Source: Eledone cirrhosa (taxonomy: Eukaryota). From it: a stretch of 64,000 nt of DNA. Below are positions 49,530-62,704 of the stretch, piece after piece (the stretch's first letter is position 1; each line of letters starts with the position of its first letter). Under the pieces are notes generated by a model, which was not told the origin of the DNA, made no database searches, and saw only the letters and a program-made list of their open reading frames with translations. The DNA is taken from positions 18,662,001 to 18,726,000 of the forward strand of contig OZ024766.1 of assembly GCA_964016885.1 (NCBI GenBank), written 5' to 3'. The translations under genes were made by a program, and so were the position numbers.

Positions 49530-52500
49530 TCTTACATCCAATAAGGTGTAAGTAGGACCACACCCCACCAGAAACGCCAACAAACCCCCTACTTACATCC
49601 AATAAGGTCTACGTAGGACCACACCCCACCAGAAACGCCAACAAACCCCCTACTTACATCCAATAAGGTGTAAGTAGGACCACACCCCACCAGAAACGCC
49701 AACAAACCCCCTACTTACATCCAATAGGGTCTACGTAGGACCACACCCCACCAGAAACGCCAACAAACCTCCTACTTACATCCAATAAGGTCTACGTAGG
49801 ACCACACTCCACCAGAAACGCCAACAAACCCCCTACTTACATCCAATAAGTTCTACGTAGGACCACACCCCACCAGAAACGCCAACAAATCCCCTACTTA
49901 CATCCAATAAGGTCTATGTAGGACCACACCCCACCAGAAACGCCAACAAACCCCCTACTTACATCCAATAAGGTCTATGTAGGACCACACCCCACCAGAA
50001 ACGCCAACAAACCCCCTACTTACATCCAATAAGGTCTACGTAGGACCACACCCCACCAGAAACGCCAACAAACCCCCTACTTACATCCAATAAGGTCTAC
50101 GTAGGACCACACCCCACCAGAAACGCCAACAAACCCCCTACTTACATCCAATAAGGTCTACGTAGGACCACACCCCACCAGAAACGCCAACAAACCCCCT
50201 ACTTACATCCAATAAGGTCTACGTAGGACCACACCCCACCAGAAACGCCAACAAACCCCCTACTTACATCCAATAAGGTCTACGTAGGACCACACCCCAC
50301 CAGAAACGCCAACAAACCCCCTACTTACATCCAATAAGGTCTACGTAGGACCACACCCCACCAGAAACGCCAACAAACCCCCTACTTACATCCAATAAGG
50401 TCTACGTAGGACCACACCCCACCAGAAACGCCAACAAACCCCCTACTTACATCCAATAGGGTCTACGTAGGACCCCACCCCACCAGAAACGCCAACAAAC
50501 CCCCTACTTACATCCAATAGGGTCTACATAGGACCATACCCCACCAGAAACGCCAACAAACCCCCTACTTACATCTACTAAGGTCTACGTAGGACCACAC
50601 CCCACCAGAAACGCCAACAAACCCCCTACTTACATCTACTAAGGTCTACGTAGGACCACACCCCACCAGAAACGCCAACAAACCCCCTACTTACATCCAA
50701 TAAGGTCTACGTAGGACCGCACCCCACCAGAAACGCCAACAAACCCCCTACTTACATCCAATAAGGTCTACGTAGGACCACACCCCACCAGAAACGCCAA
50801 CAAACCACCTACTTACATCCAATAGGGTCTACGTAGGACCCCACCCCACCAGAAACGCCAACAAACCCCCTACTTACATCCAATAGGGTCTACATAGGAC
50901 CATACCCCACCAGAAACGCCAACAAACCCCCTACTTACATCCAATAAGGTCTACGTAGGACCACACCCCACCAGAAACGCCAACAAACCCCCTACTTACA
51001 TCTACTAAGGTCTACGTAGGACCACACCCCACCAGAAACGCCAACAAACCCCCTACTTACATCCAATAAGGTCTACGTAGGACCGCACCCCACCAGAAAC
51101 GCCAACAAACCCCCTACTTACATCCAATAAGGTCTACGTAGGACCACACCCCACCAGAAACGCCAACAAACCCCCTACTTACATCCAATAAGGTCTACGT
51201 AGGACCACACTCCACCAGAAACGCCAACAAACCACCTACTTACATCCAATAAGGTCTACGTAGGACCACACTCCACCAGAAACGCCAACAAACCCCCTAC
51301 TTACATCCAATAAGGTCTACGTAGGACCACACTCCACCAGAAACGCCAACAAACCCCCTACTTACATCCAATAAGGTCTACGTAGGACCACACCCCACCA
51401 GAAACGCCAACAAACCCCCTACTTACATCTACTAAGGTCTACGTAGGACCACACCCCACCAGAAACGCCAACAAACCACCTACTTACATCCAATAGGGTC
51501 TACGTAGGACCCCACCCCACCAGAAACGCCAACAAACCCCCTACTTACATCCAATAGGGTCTACATAGGACCATACCCCACCAGAAACGCCAACAAACCC
51601 CCTACTTACATCCAATAGGGTCTACATAGGACCACACCCCACCAGAAACGCCAACAAACCCCCTACTTACATCCAATAAGGCCTACGTAGGACCACACCC
51701 CAACAAACCCCCTACTTACATCCAATAGGGTCTACGTAGGACCACACCCCACCAGAAACGCCAACAAACCCCCTACTTACATCCAATAAGGTCTACGTAG
51801 GACCACACCCCACCAGAAACGCCAACAAACCCCCTACTTACATCCAATAGGGTCTACGTAGGACCACACCCCACCAGAAACGCCAACAAACCCCCTACTT
51901 ACATCCAATAGGGTCTACGTAGGACCCCACCCCACCAGAAACGCCAACAAACCCCCTACTTACATCCAATAAGGTCTACGTAGGACCACACCCCACCAGA
52001 AACGCCAACAAACCCCCTACTTACATCCAATAAGGTCTACGTAGGACCACACCCCACCAGAAAGGCCAACAAACCCCCTACTTACATCCAATAGGGTCTA
52101 CGTAGGACCACACCCCACCAGAAACGCCAACAAACCCCCTACTTACATTCAATAAGGTCTACGTAGGACCACACCCCACCAGAAACGCCAACAAACCCCC
52201 TACTTACATCCAATATGGTCTACGTAGGACCACACCCCACCAGAAACGCCAACAAACCCCCTACTTACATCCAATATGGTCTACGTAGGACCACACCCCA
52301 CCAGAAACGCCAACAAACCCCCTACTTACATCCAATAAGGTCTACGTAGGACCACACCCCACCAGAAACGCCAACAAACCCCCTACTTACATCCAATATG
52401 GTCTACGTAGGACCACACCCCACCAGAAACGCCAACAAACCCCCTACTTACATCCAATATGGTCTACGTAGGACCACACCCCACCAGAAACGCCAACAAA

Positions 52501-52929
52501 CCCCCTACTTACATCCAATAAGGTCTACGTAGGACCACACCCCACCAGAAACGCCAACAAACCCCCTACTTACATCCAATAGGGTCTACGTAGGACCACA
52601 CCCCACCAGAAACGCCAACAAACCCCCTACTTACATCCAATAAGGTCTACGTAGGACCACACCCCACCAGAAACGCCAACAAACCCCCTACTTACATCCA
52701 ATAGGGTCTACGTAGGACCACACCCCACCAGAAACGCCAACAAACCCCCCTACTTACATCCAATAGGGTCTACGTAGGACCACACCCCACCAGAAACGCC
52801 AACAAACCCCCTACTTACATCCAATAAGGCCTACGTAGGACCACACCCCACCAGAAACGCCAACAAACCCCCTACTTACATCCAATAGGGTCTACGTAGG
52901 ACCACACCCCACCAGAAACCCCAACTTAC
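49530..52929. repeat. 61-bp minisatellite (about 56 units) containing a KDM5 exon end plus donor
   Basis: cttacatccaataaggtctacgtaggaccacaccccaccagaaacgccaacaaacccccta. Confidence 0.95.
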
Positions 52930-53112
52930 ATCTAATAAAGTGTACGTAGAGTTCTTCTTCAGGAATGTTCTGGCTGTCCTTTCTCGCCAAGACTTGGCCG
53001 CAGCCACCTGGGATTCTACCTGGGGTAACTGGTCAAGCCGTACAGGTATGGGGCGGCCCTTGTTGGCCAGGTTGTCCAGTACATCGAGGTAGGGGTACAG
53101 TTTACAGTTTTG
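52930..53112 (-). CDS. KDM5: KDM5 exon (end of PLU-1)
   Basis: ccacag/gtaagt boundaries; [61 protein letters not shown]. Confidence 0.94.
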
Positions 53113-53411
53113 CTGTGGAGAAGAAAAAGAGAGACAAAACATTAAGAACAATAGGACTTTGTAGTTTACTTGGGGGACTGTATATGGTTTAAAGAATTCC
53201 TAGTTTGAAAGCCACGGCAATACAGGGTTTGGACGGAGAATCATTAAATCTTAAGAAACGACCGTGACCTCTGGCGTCACGCAGTAATACAGAGTACCCG
53301 ACCTCCCATGGGTACAAGCTGAAGCATATAGACAATATATAATTCAGAACGTAAACGGCTAAAACTATATGCTGTTTGACACACTAGTGATACTGCCAAA
53401 CCACCGCCCTT

Positions 53412-56400
53412 ATATGAGATATTATGTAAAGTAAAGCCTTTACTGTGACAATACAATAGTATATATAGAGTAGTGTAAATGTTATGTGAGGTATTATGTG
53501 AGGTAAAGCCTTTACTGTGACAATACAATAGTATATATAGAGTAATGTAAATGTTATGTGAGGTATTATGTGAGGTAAAGCCTTTACTGTGACAATACAA
53601 TAGTATATATAGAGTAATGTAAATGTTATGTGAGGTATTATGTGAGGTAAAGCCTTTACTGTGACAATACAATAGTATATATAGAGTAATGTAAATGTTA
53701 TGAGATATTATGTGAGGTAAAGCCTTTACTGTGACAATACAATAGTATATATAGAGTAATGTAAATGTTATGTGAGATATTATGTGAGGTAAAGCCTTTA
53801 CTGTGACAATACAATAGTATATATAGAGTAATGTAAATGTTATGTGAGGTATTATGTGAGGTAAAGCCTTTACTGTGACAATACAATAGTATATATAGAG
53901 TAATGTAAATGTTATGTGAGGTAAAGCCTTTACTGTGACAATACAATAGTATATATAGAGTAATGTAAATGTTATGTGAGATATTATGTGAGGTAAAGCC
54001 TTTACTGTGACAATACAATAGTATATATAGAGTAATGTAAATGTTATGTGAGGTATTATGTGAGGTAAAGCCTTTACTGTGACAATACAATAGTATATAT
54101 AGAGTAATGTAAATGTTATGTGAGGTAAAGCCTTTACTGTGACAATACAATAGTATATATAGAGTAATGTAAATGTTATGTGAGATATTATGTGAGGTAA
54201 AGCCTTTACTGTGACAATACAATAGTATATATAGAGTAATGTAAATGTTATGTGAGGTATTATGTGAGGTGAAGCCTTTACTGTGACAATACAATAGTAT
54301 ATATAGAGTAATGTAAATGTTATGTGAGGTAAAGCCTTTACTGTGACAATACAATAGTATATATAGAGTAGTGTAAATGTTATGTGAGATATTATGTGAG
54401 GTAAAGCCTTTACTGTGACAATACAATAGTATATATAGAGTAATGTAAATGTTATGTGAGATATTATGTAAAGTAAAGCCTTTACTGTGACAATACAATA
54501 GTATATATAGAGTAATGTAAATGTTATGTGAGGTATTATGTGAGGTAAAGCCTTTACTGTGACAATACAATAGTATATATAGAGTAGTGTAAATGTTATG
54601 TGAGATATTATGTGAGGTAAAGCCTTTACTGTGACAATACAATAGTATATATAGAGTAATGTAAATGTTATGTGAGATATTATGTAAAGTAAAGCCTTTA
54701 CTGTGACAATACAATAGTATATATAGAGTAATGTAAATGTTATGTGAGATATTATGTGAGGTAAAGCCTTTACTGTGACAATACAATAGTATATATAGAG
54801 TAATGTAAATGTTATGTGAGATATTATGTGAGGTAAAGCCTTTACTGTGACAATACAATAGTATATATAGAGTAATGTAAATGCTATGTGAGATATTATG
54901 TGAGGTAAAGCCTTTACTGTGACAATACAATAGTATATATAGAGTAGTGTAAATGTTATGTGAGATATTATGTGAGGTAAAGCCTTTACTGTGACAATAC
55001 AATAGTATATATAGAGTAATGTAAATGTTATGTGAGATATTATGTAAGGTAAAGCCTTTACTGTGACAATACAATAGTATATATAGAGTAATGTAAATGT
55101 TATGTGAGATATTATGTGAGGTAAAGCCTTTACTGTGACAATACAATAGTATATATAGAGTAATGTAAATGCTATGTGAGATATTATGTGAGGTAAAGCC
55201 TTTACTGTGACAATACAATAGTATATATAGAGTAGTGTAAATGTTATGTGAGGTATTATGTGAGGTAAAGCCTTTACTGTGACAATACAATAGTATATAT
55301 AGAGTAATGTAAATGTTATGTGAGGTATTATGTGAGGTAAAGCCTTTACTGTGACAATACAATAGTATATATAGAGTAATGTAAATGTTATGTGAGGTAA
55401 AGCCTTTACTGTGACAATACAATAGTATATATAGAGTAATGTAAATGTTATGTGAGATATTATGTGAGGTAAAGCCTTTACTGTGACAATACAATAGTAT
55501 ATATAGAGTAATGTAAATGTTATGTGAGGTATTATGTGAGGTAAAGCCTTTACTGTGACAATACAATAGTATATATAGAGTAATGTAAATGTTATGTGAG
55601 GTAAAGCCTTTACTGTGACAATACAATAGTATATATAGAGTAGTGTAAATGTTATGTGAGATATTATGTGAGGTAAAGCCTTTACTGTGACAATACAATA
55701 GTATATATAGAGTAATGTAAATGTTATGTGAGATATTATGTAAAGTAAAGCCTTTACTGTGACAATACAATAGTATATATAGAGTAATGTAAATGTTATG
55801 TGAGGTATTATGTGAGGTAAAGCCTTTACTGTGACAATACAATAGTATATATAGAGTAGTGTAAATGTTATGTGAGATATTATGTGAGGTAAAGCCTTTA
55901 CTGTGACAATACAATAGTATATATAGAGTAATGTAAATGTTATGTGAGATATTATGTAAAGTAAAGCCTTTACTGTGACAATACAATAGTATATATAGAG
56001 TAATGTAAATGTTATGTGAGATATTATGTGAGGTAAAGCCTTTACTGTGACAATACAATAGTATATATAGAGTAATGTAAATGTTATGTGAGATATTATG
56101 TAAAGTAAAGCCTTTACTGTGACAATACAATAGTATATATAGAGTAATGTAGATGTTATGTGAGATATTATGTGAAGTAAAGCCTTTACTGTGACAATAC
56201 AGTAGTATATATAGAGTAATGTAAATGTTATGTGAGATATTACGTGAGGTAAAGCCTTTACTGTGACAATACAATAGTATATATAGAGTAATGTAAATGT
56301 TATGTGAGATATTATGTGAGGTAAAGCCTTTACTGTGACAATACAATAGTATATATAGAGTAATGTAAATGTTATGTGAGGTATTATGTGAGGTAAAGCC

Positions 56401-58281
56401 TTTACTGTGACAATACAATAGTATATATAGAGTAATGTAAATGTTATGTGAGATATTATGTGAGGTAAAGCCTTTACTGTGACAATACAATAGTATATAT
56501 AGAGTAATGTAAATGTTATGTGAGATATTATGTGAGGTAAAGCCTTTACTGTGACAATACAATAGTATATATAGAGTAATGTAAATGTTATGTGAGGTAT
56601 TATGTGAGGTAAAGCCTTTACTGTGACAATACAATAGTATATATAGAGTAATGTAAATGTTATGTGAGGTATTATGTGAGGTAAAGCCTTTACTGTGACA
56701 ATACAATAGTATATATAGAGTAATGTAAATGTTATGTGAGATATTATGTGAGGTAAAGCCTTTACTGTGACAATACAATAGTATATATAGAGTAATGTAA
56801 ATGTTATGTGAGATATTATGTGAGGTAAAGCCTTTACTGTGACAATACAATAGTATATATAGAGTAATGTAAATGTTATGTGAGGTATTATGTGAGGTAA
56901 AGCCTTTACTGTGACAATACAATAGTATATATAGAGTAATGTAAATGTTATGTGAGGTATTATGTGAGGTAAAGCCTTTACTGTGACAATACAATAGTAT
57001 ATATAGAGTAATGTAAATGTTATGTGAGATATTATGTGAGGTAAAGCCTTTACTGTGACAATACAATAGTATATATAGAGTAATGTAAATGTTATGTGAG
57101 ATATTATGTGAGGTAAAGCCTTTACTGTGACAATACAATAGTATATATAGAGTAATGTAAATGTTATGTGAGTATTATGTGAGGTAAAGCCTTTACTGTG
57201 ACAATACAATAGTATATATAGAGTAATGTAAATGTTATGTGAGATATTATGTGAGGTAAAGCCTTTACTGTGACAATACAATAGTATATATAGAGTAATG
57301 TAAATGTTATGTGAGGTATTATGTGAGGTAAAGCCTTTACTGTGACAATACAATAGTATATATAGAGTAATGTAAATGTTGATGTGAGGTAAAGCCTTTA
57401 CTGTGACAATACAATAGTATATATAGAGTAATGTAATGTTATGTGAGATTATGTGAGGTAAAGCCTTTACTGTGACAATACAATAGTATATATAGAGTAA
57501 TGTAAATGTTGTGAGGTATTATGTGAGGTAAAGCCTTTACTGTGACAATACAATAGTATATATAGAGTAATGTAAATGTTGTGATTGAGGTAAAGCCTTT
57601 ACTGTGACAATACAATAGTATATATAGAGTAATGTAAATGTTGTGTGAGGTATTATGTGAGGTAAAGCCTTTACTGTGACAATACAATAGTAATATGATA
57701 GAGTAATGTAAATGTTGTTATGTGAGGTAAAGCCTTTACTGTGACAATACAATAGTATATATAGAGTAATGTAAATGTTGTGTGAGGTATTATGTGAGGT
57801 AAAGCCTTTACTGTGACAATACAATAGTAATATAGATTAATGTAGATGTTATGTGAGGTAAAGCCTTTACTGTGACAATACAATAGTATATATAGAGTAA
57901 TGTAAATGTTGTGTGAGGTATTATGTGAGGTAAAGCCTTTACTGTGACAATACAATAGTATATATAGAGTAATGTAAATGTTATGTGAGATATTATGTGA
58001 GGTAAAGCCTTTACTGTGACAATACAATAGTATATATAGAGTAATGTAAATGTTATGTGAGGTATTATGTGAGGTAAAGCCTTTACTGTGACAATACAAT
58101 AGTATATATAGAGTAATGTAAATGTTATGTGAGATATTATGTGAGGTAAAGCCTTTACTGTGACAATACAATAGTATATATAGAGTAATGTAAATGTTAT
58201 GTGAGATATTATGTGAGGTAAAGCCTTTACTGTGACAATACAATAGTATATATAGAGTAATGTAAATGCTAAAGGGTTAAA
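53412..58281. repeat. 72-bp satellite with 60-bp deletion variants (about 68 units)
   Basis: gtaaagcctttactgtgacaatacaatagtatatatagagtaatgtaaatgttatgtgagatattatgtgag. Confidence 0.95.
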
Positions 58282-58863
58282 TTAAACAAGGCCTGTACGA
58301 GCGCACCACTTGAGCTGTTCATGCTCAACAGGGTTTCTTTCATATTCTCCCCTCCCATCATGCACCACTTTCCTCTGCACATGACCTCGGAAGGATGAAA
58401 GTTGACCTCAGCAAGATTTAAACTCAGAATATACGCTGCTAAGTATATCCATGACGCCCTAACGCCTCTGCCAATCCACCACCCATCCAATTACAATAAT
58501 AACAATGTTAATAAATACCTCTTTGCTTTTGGTCCGGCATTCTTCCTATAATTTGGAGAGAAAGAAAGACAAAAGATTTAAAACAAGGGTTAATTAATGG
58601 AGTAATTAAATTAAAGGGTTTTCATGTCAACTGATTAAAAAATCTGAGAAACTATGTGTGAATATATAAAGATATGTGTATATATATAGGGTTATATCGA
58701 ATATATGGACACAAAGGTATCTGTAGATTTATAGACATACATACACATATATATATACATACATTTACATATATTCATTTACACACATATATATACATAC
58801 ATTCATTTAAACATATATTTATATATACATTTACATATATATACATTCATTTACACATATATA

Positions 58864-59497
58864 TCATCATTCATTTTATGTCCACTTTTCCCTGCTTGCA
58901 AGGGTGGGACGGGAACTGATTCTGGCTTGATTTCTACAGCTGGATGCCCTTCCTAACACCAATCTCATTTACAGTGAGTGCTGGGTGCTTTTTTGCCGTG
59001 GCACCTCCACGACCACTTTATAGTGTGGGCTGAGTGCTTTTTTGCTGTGGCACCTCCACGACCACTTTACAGTGAGTGCTGGGTGCTTTGTTTTGCCGTG
59101 GCACCTCCACGACCACTTTATAGTGAGTGCTGGGTGCTTTGTTTTGCCGTGGCACCTCCACGACCACTTTACAGTGAGTGCTGGGTGCTTTGTTTTGCCG
59201 TGGCACCTCCATGACCACTTTACAGTGAGTGCTGGGTGCTTTGTTTTGCCGTGGCACCTCCACGACCACTTTACAGTGAGTGCTGGGTGCTTTTTTGCCG
59301 TGGCACCTCCACGACCACTTTACAGTGGAATGATAGGGACCCCAGTCCCTATCATCTCATTTCTACAGCTGAGTAAACTGGAGCAATGTGAAATAAAGTG
59401 TCTTGCTCAAGGAAACAACACATCACCCAGTCTGAGAATTGAACTCACAACCTTTCGATTGCAAGGCCAATGCTCTAACCACTAAGCCATGTGCCTC
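58864..59497 (-). mobile_element. VNTR-SINE (about 7 units, some of 52 bp)
   Basis: Head, hairpin, repeat units and tail present. Confidence 0.85.
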
Positions 59498-59577
59498 CAT
59501 ATATAAAAATATATATGATAAACAGAGAAAGAGGTGGAGAGAGAGAGAGAGAGAGAGAGAGAAAAATGTCGACTTAC

Positions 59578-59716
59578 TTGGACAGCATCAAGTTTTGACG
59601 TCCATTCTTTGGCCTTACGTAGGGCCTCCTTTAGGGCCGACACATTGGGGAGGTAGGCCTTAATATCATTGGCTTCTGCAATGATGCTTTCTAGGGTGGA
59701 CATTACATTCCGAGGT
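59578..59716 (-). CDS. KDM5: KDM5 exon (PLU-1)
   Basis: accag/gtaagt boundaries; PRNVMSTLESIIAEANDIKAYLPNVSALKEALRKAKEWTSKLDAVQ. Confidence 0.92.
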
Positions 59717-60758
59717 CTGGTCATGACAATGGTGGAGGTGGCGGGTGGCGGTGGTGGGTAGAAAACGGAAGAAAAAGAAGAAAAAATATATTTAGAAAGA
59801 TTGACTTAGGACAGTGGTGGTGGTGGTTGTGGTGGTGGTGGTGGTGGTTGTGGTGTTGGTAGTGGTGGTTGTGGTGGTGTCAGTTGTGGTTGTGGTGTCG
59901 GTAGTGGTGGTTGTGGTGGTGTCAGTTGTGGTTGTGGTGTCGGTAGTGGTGGTTGTGGTGTTGGTGGTGGTGGTGGTTGTGGTGTTGGTAGTGGTGGTTG
60001 TGGTGTTGGTGGTGGTGGTTAGAAAAAGAAGAAAAAATATATTTAGAAAGATTGACTTAGGACAGTGGTGGTGGTGGTTGTGGTGGTGGTGTTGGTGGTG
60101 GTTGTGGTGTTGGTAGTGGTGGTTGTGGTGGTGGTGGTGGTTAGAAAAAGAAGAAAAAATATATTTAGAAAGATTGACTTAGGACAGTGGTGGTGGTGGT
60201 TGTGGTGTTGGTAGTGGTGGTTGTGGTGTTGGTAGTGGTGGTTGTGGTGTTGGTAGTGGTTGTTGTGGTGGTGTCAGTTGTAGTGGTGGTAGTGGTGGTA
60301 GTGGTGGTTAGAAAAAGAAGAAAAAATATATTTAGAAAGATTGACTTAGGACAGTGGTGGTGGTGGTTGTGGTGTCGGTAGCGGTGGTTGTGGTGGTGGT
60401 GGTGGTTAGAAAAAGAAGGAAAAAATATATATATATCATCATCATCAACGTTTAACGTCTATCTTCCACGCTAGCATGGGTTTAGACGGGAATTGTCCCA
60501 CTTGAGGCCAGATTGGTCGGGTGACCACGTCTCGCTAGTATAGGGCTGCCTGCCCTTCCTAACACCAACTATATATGCAAGCGTGGAAGGTAGACGTTAA
60601 ACGATGATGATAAATGATATAAACATTGATTTTGGACAATGGAGGGTTGTGGTAGTGTCGGTGATGGAGGTGGTGTCGGTAGTGGTGGTGGTTGTTAGAA
60701 AAAAAAAATATATATATATAGAGATTACATGAAACAAAGTTCTGTTTAAATCATTTAT

Positions 60759-60807
60759 TTGCTTACAATTGTTTCCTCCAAACCGAGGTTTGGAGTCTTC
60801 GGAGCAA
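60759..60807 (-). ncRNA. Hammerhead ribozyme, family B, core-mutated copy (CCGAAGA)
   Basis: Inverted partner of 61018-61066; perfect 9-bp stem II but U4>C in the core. Confidence 0.65.
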
Positions 60808-61017
60808 CTATTCAGTGATTTTTAACATACTTGACCTCCTTTTCAACACAAGAGACATATAGAAACATATGTATATATGACTGTAATCTTTGTATGTAAA
60901 TTGCCATGCTATATTATTATAATGGATGTCAACCCACTATGCATCAATATATACATATGTTTCTGTATTTCTCTTGTGTTGAAAAGGAGGTCAAGTATGT
61001 TAAAAATCACTAAATAG

Positions 61018-61066
61018 TTGCTCTGAAGAATCCAAACCTCGGTTTGGAAGAAACAATTGTAAGCAA
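61018..61066 (+). ncRNA. Type-I hammerhead ribozyme, family B
   Basis: TTGCT-CTGAAGA-a-TCCAAACC tc GGTTTGGA-a-GAAA-CAATTG-TA^AGCAA; palindromic stem III ACAATTGT. Confidence 0.78.
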
Positions 61067-61265
61067 ATAAATGATTTAAACTGAACTTTGATTCATGTAA
61101 TTTCTATATAACTGCTCTGTAAAACAACTGATGTTATTACATTGAGCTATTTATCTTACTGGTAATAAGATAGTAATATATTACTGTCTTTCACCATTTA
61201 GGGTATAATATATATATAACTATAAAAGGTTTTAGTATATACATAACCATAAATAGTATCCTTAA

Positions 61266-61333
<68 letters not shown>

Positions 61334-61412
61334 GATTAAGGGCTTGTGGTGATGGGGGTGGTAAGAAAAAGTAGAAAAAAAAAATATTTAGAAACAGTGA
61401 TTTAGCACTCAC

Positions 61413-61621
61413 CTTGCCTGCAGACACAGGCGTGCCTTCTCTTCCCAGCGTTCACTGATCGTAAGTAACTCCTGAAGCTCAGCCATGGCCCGCTCGACGG
61501 CGGGGTGGGGCGCAAGACCCACCCCTGAGTCAATCAGCTTCCTCATCACTTCTAGAGTCATGTTGCAAGGATCCTGTGAAGTCTGTTTCACTTCATCGAG
61601 CCAGCGGGCTTGCAGAAGGAC
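61413..61621 (-). CDS. KDM5: KDM5 exon (PLU-1)
   Basis: ttccag/gtgagt boundaries; [11 protein letters not shown]...[38 protein letters not shown], a hallmark KDM5 sequence. Confidence 0.95.
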
Positions 61622-62557
61622 CTGGAAAAATATAGAGAGAGAGAAGTGTATATAAAGATATAGCTGTATGTATAGTGTGTATATATATATATATATATCT
61701 CATCATCATCATTGTTTAATGTCCATCTTCGACGTTAACATGGGTTAGACGGGTTTGTCCCATTTAGAGGCAGGTTGAGTCGGGTGACCATGTCTTGCTA
61801 GTATAGGGCTGTTTCTGTCTGGTTTTCATGACAAAAAGCACCCAGTACACACTGTAAAGTGGTCGTGGAGGTGCCACGGTAAAAAGGCTCCCAGCACTCA
61901 CTGTAAAGTGGTCGTGGAGGTGCCACGGCAAAAAAGCACCCAGCACTCACTGTAAAGTGGTCGTGGAGGTGCCACGGCAAAAAAGCACCCAGCACTCACT
62001 GTAAATGAGGTTGGTGTTAGGAAGGGCATCCAGCCAGAATCAGTTCCCGTATGAGCAAGACAAGGTCAGCCGACCCGACATTACCCACAACAGGACAACC
62101 CGTCTAACCCATGCCAGCATGGAAGAATCGATGTAAAACGGTGATGATGATGATGATGATGATGATAGAGACATGTATATAGCTAGGGGGTTTGCAGAAG
62201 GGCCTCTCTATATATATATAAAAAACTTAAGGAAATTACCAAAGAAAAGACAAGACGACAAACAGAAACAAAACAAAATGAAAAACGATTTTTTAAGGGG
62301 AAACCTTAAAAAATTATTTTCAAAAAGTAACAAAGTATAAATACAATCAAAGGACATCAAACCCTAGGGTCATCGGCCGTTGAGATGGACTTGGGCAGTT
62401 TTGACCCCTACCAACGGTACTGCTGGTCAATACGGGGGTCACAGCATCTGGCATAACCCAAACGCTGTCCATAGCCAGTGGGTTTATTTACACAACAACC
62501 TCTGAACTTACCCTCCTCAGGTAAATCAATGCAAGCAGGACACCTTAACGAACTTAC

Positions 62558-62704
62558 CTGCTTCAGTTTGGGAATCTCAGGTAAATCAACATCAAGTAGT
62601 ATTCCAAAATCCATAAACTTCTCCAGTTTTTTGGAATCAGGACTTTTCTCAGCGAGAGCAGCCTGAACATCAGTCTGGAAACGGGTGACTTTATCCAGTA
62701 AGTC
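62558..62704 (-). CDS. KDM5: KDM5 exon (PLU-1)
   Basis: ttgcag/gtaagt boundaries; DLLDKVTRFQTDVQAAL...LLDVDLPEIPKLKQ. Confidence 0.92.

Noticed and set aside
53277-57353. 1358-aa and 1146-aa minus-strand ORFs
   Set aside because: Translation of a 72/60-bp satellite (multiples of 3) inside a KDM5 intron
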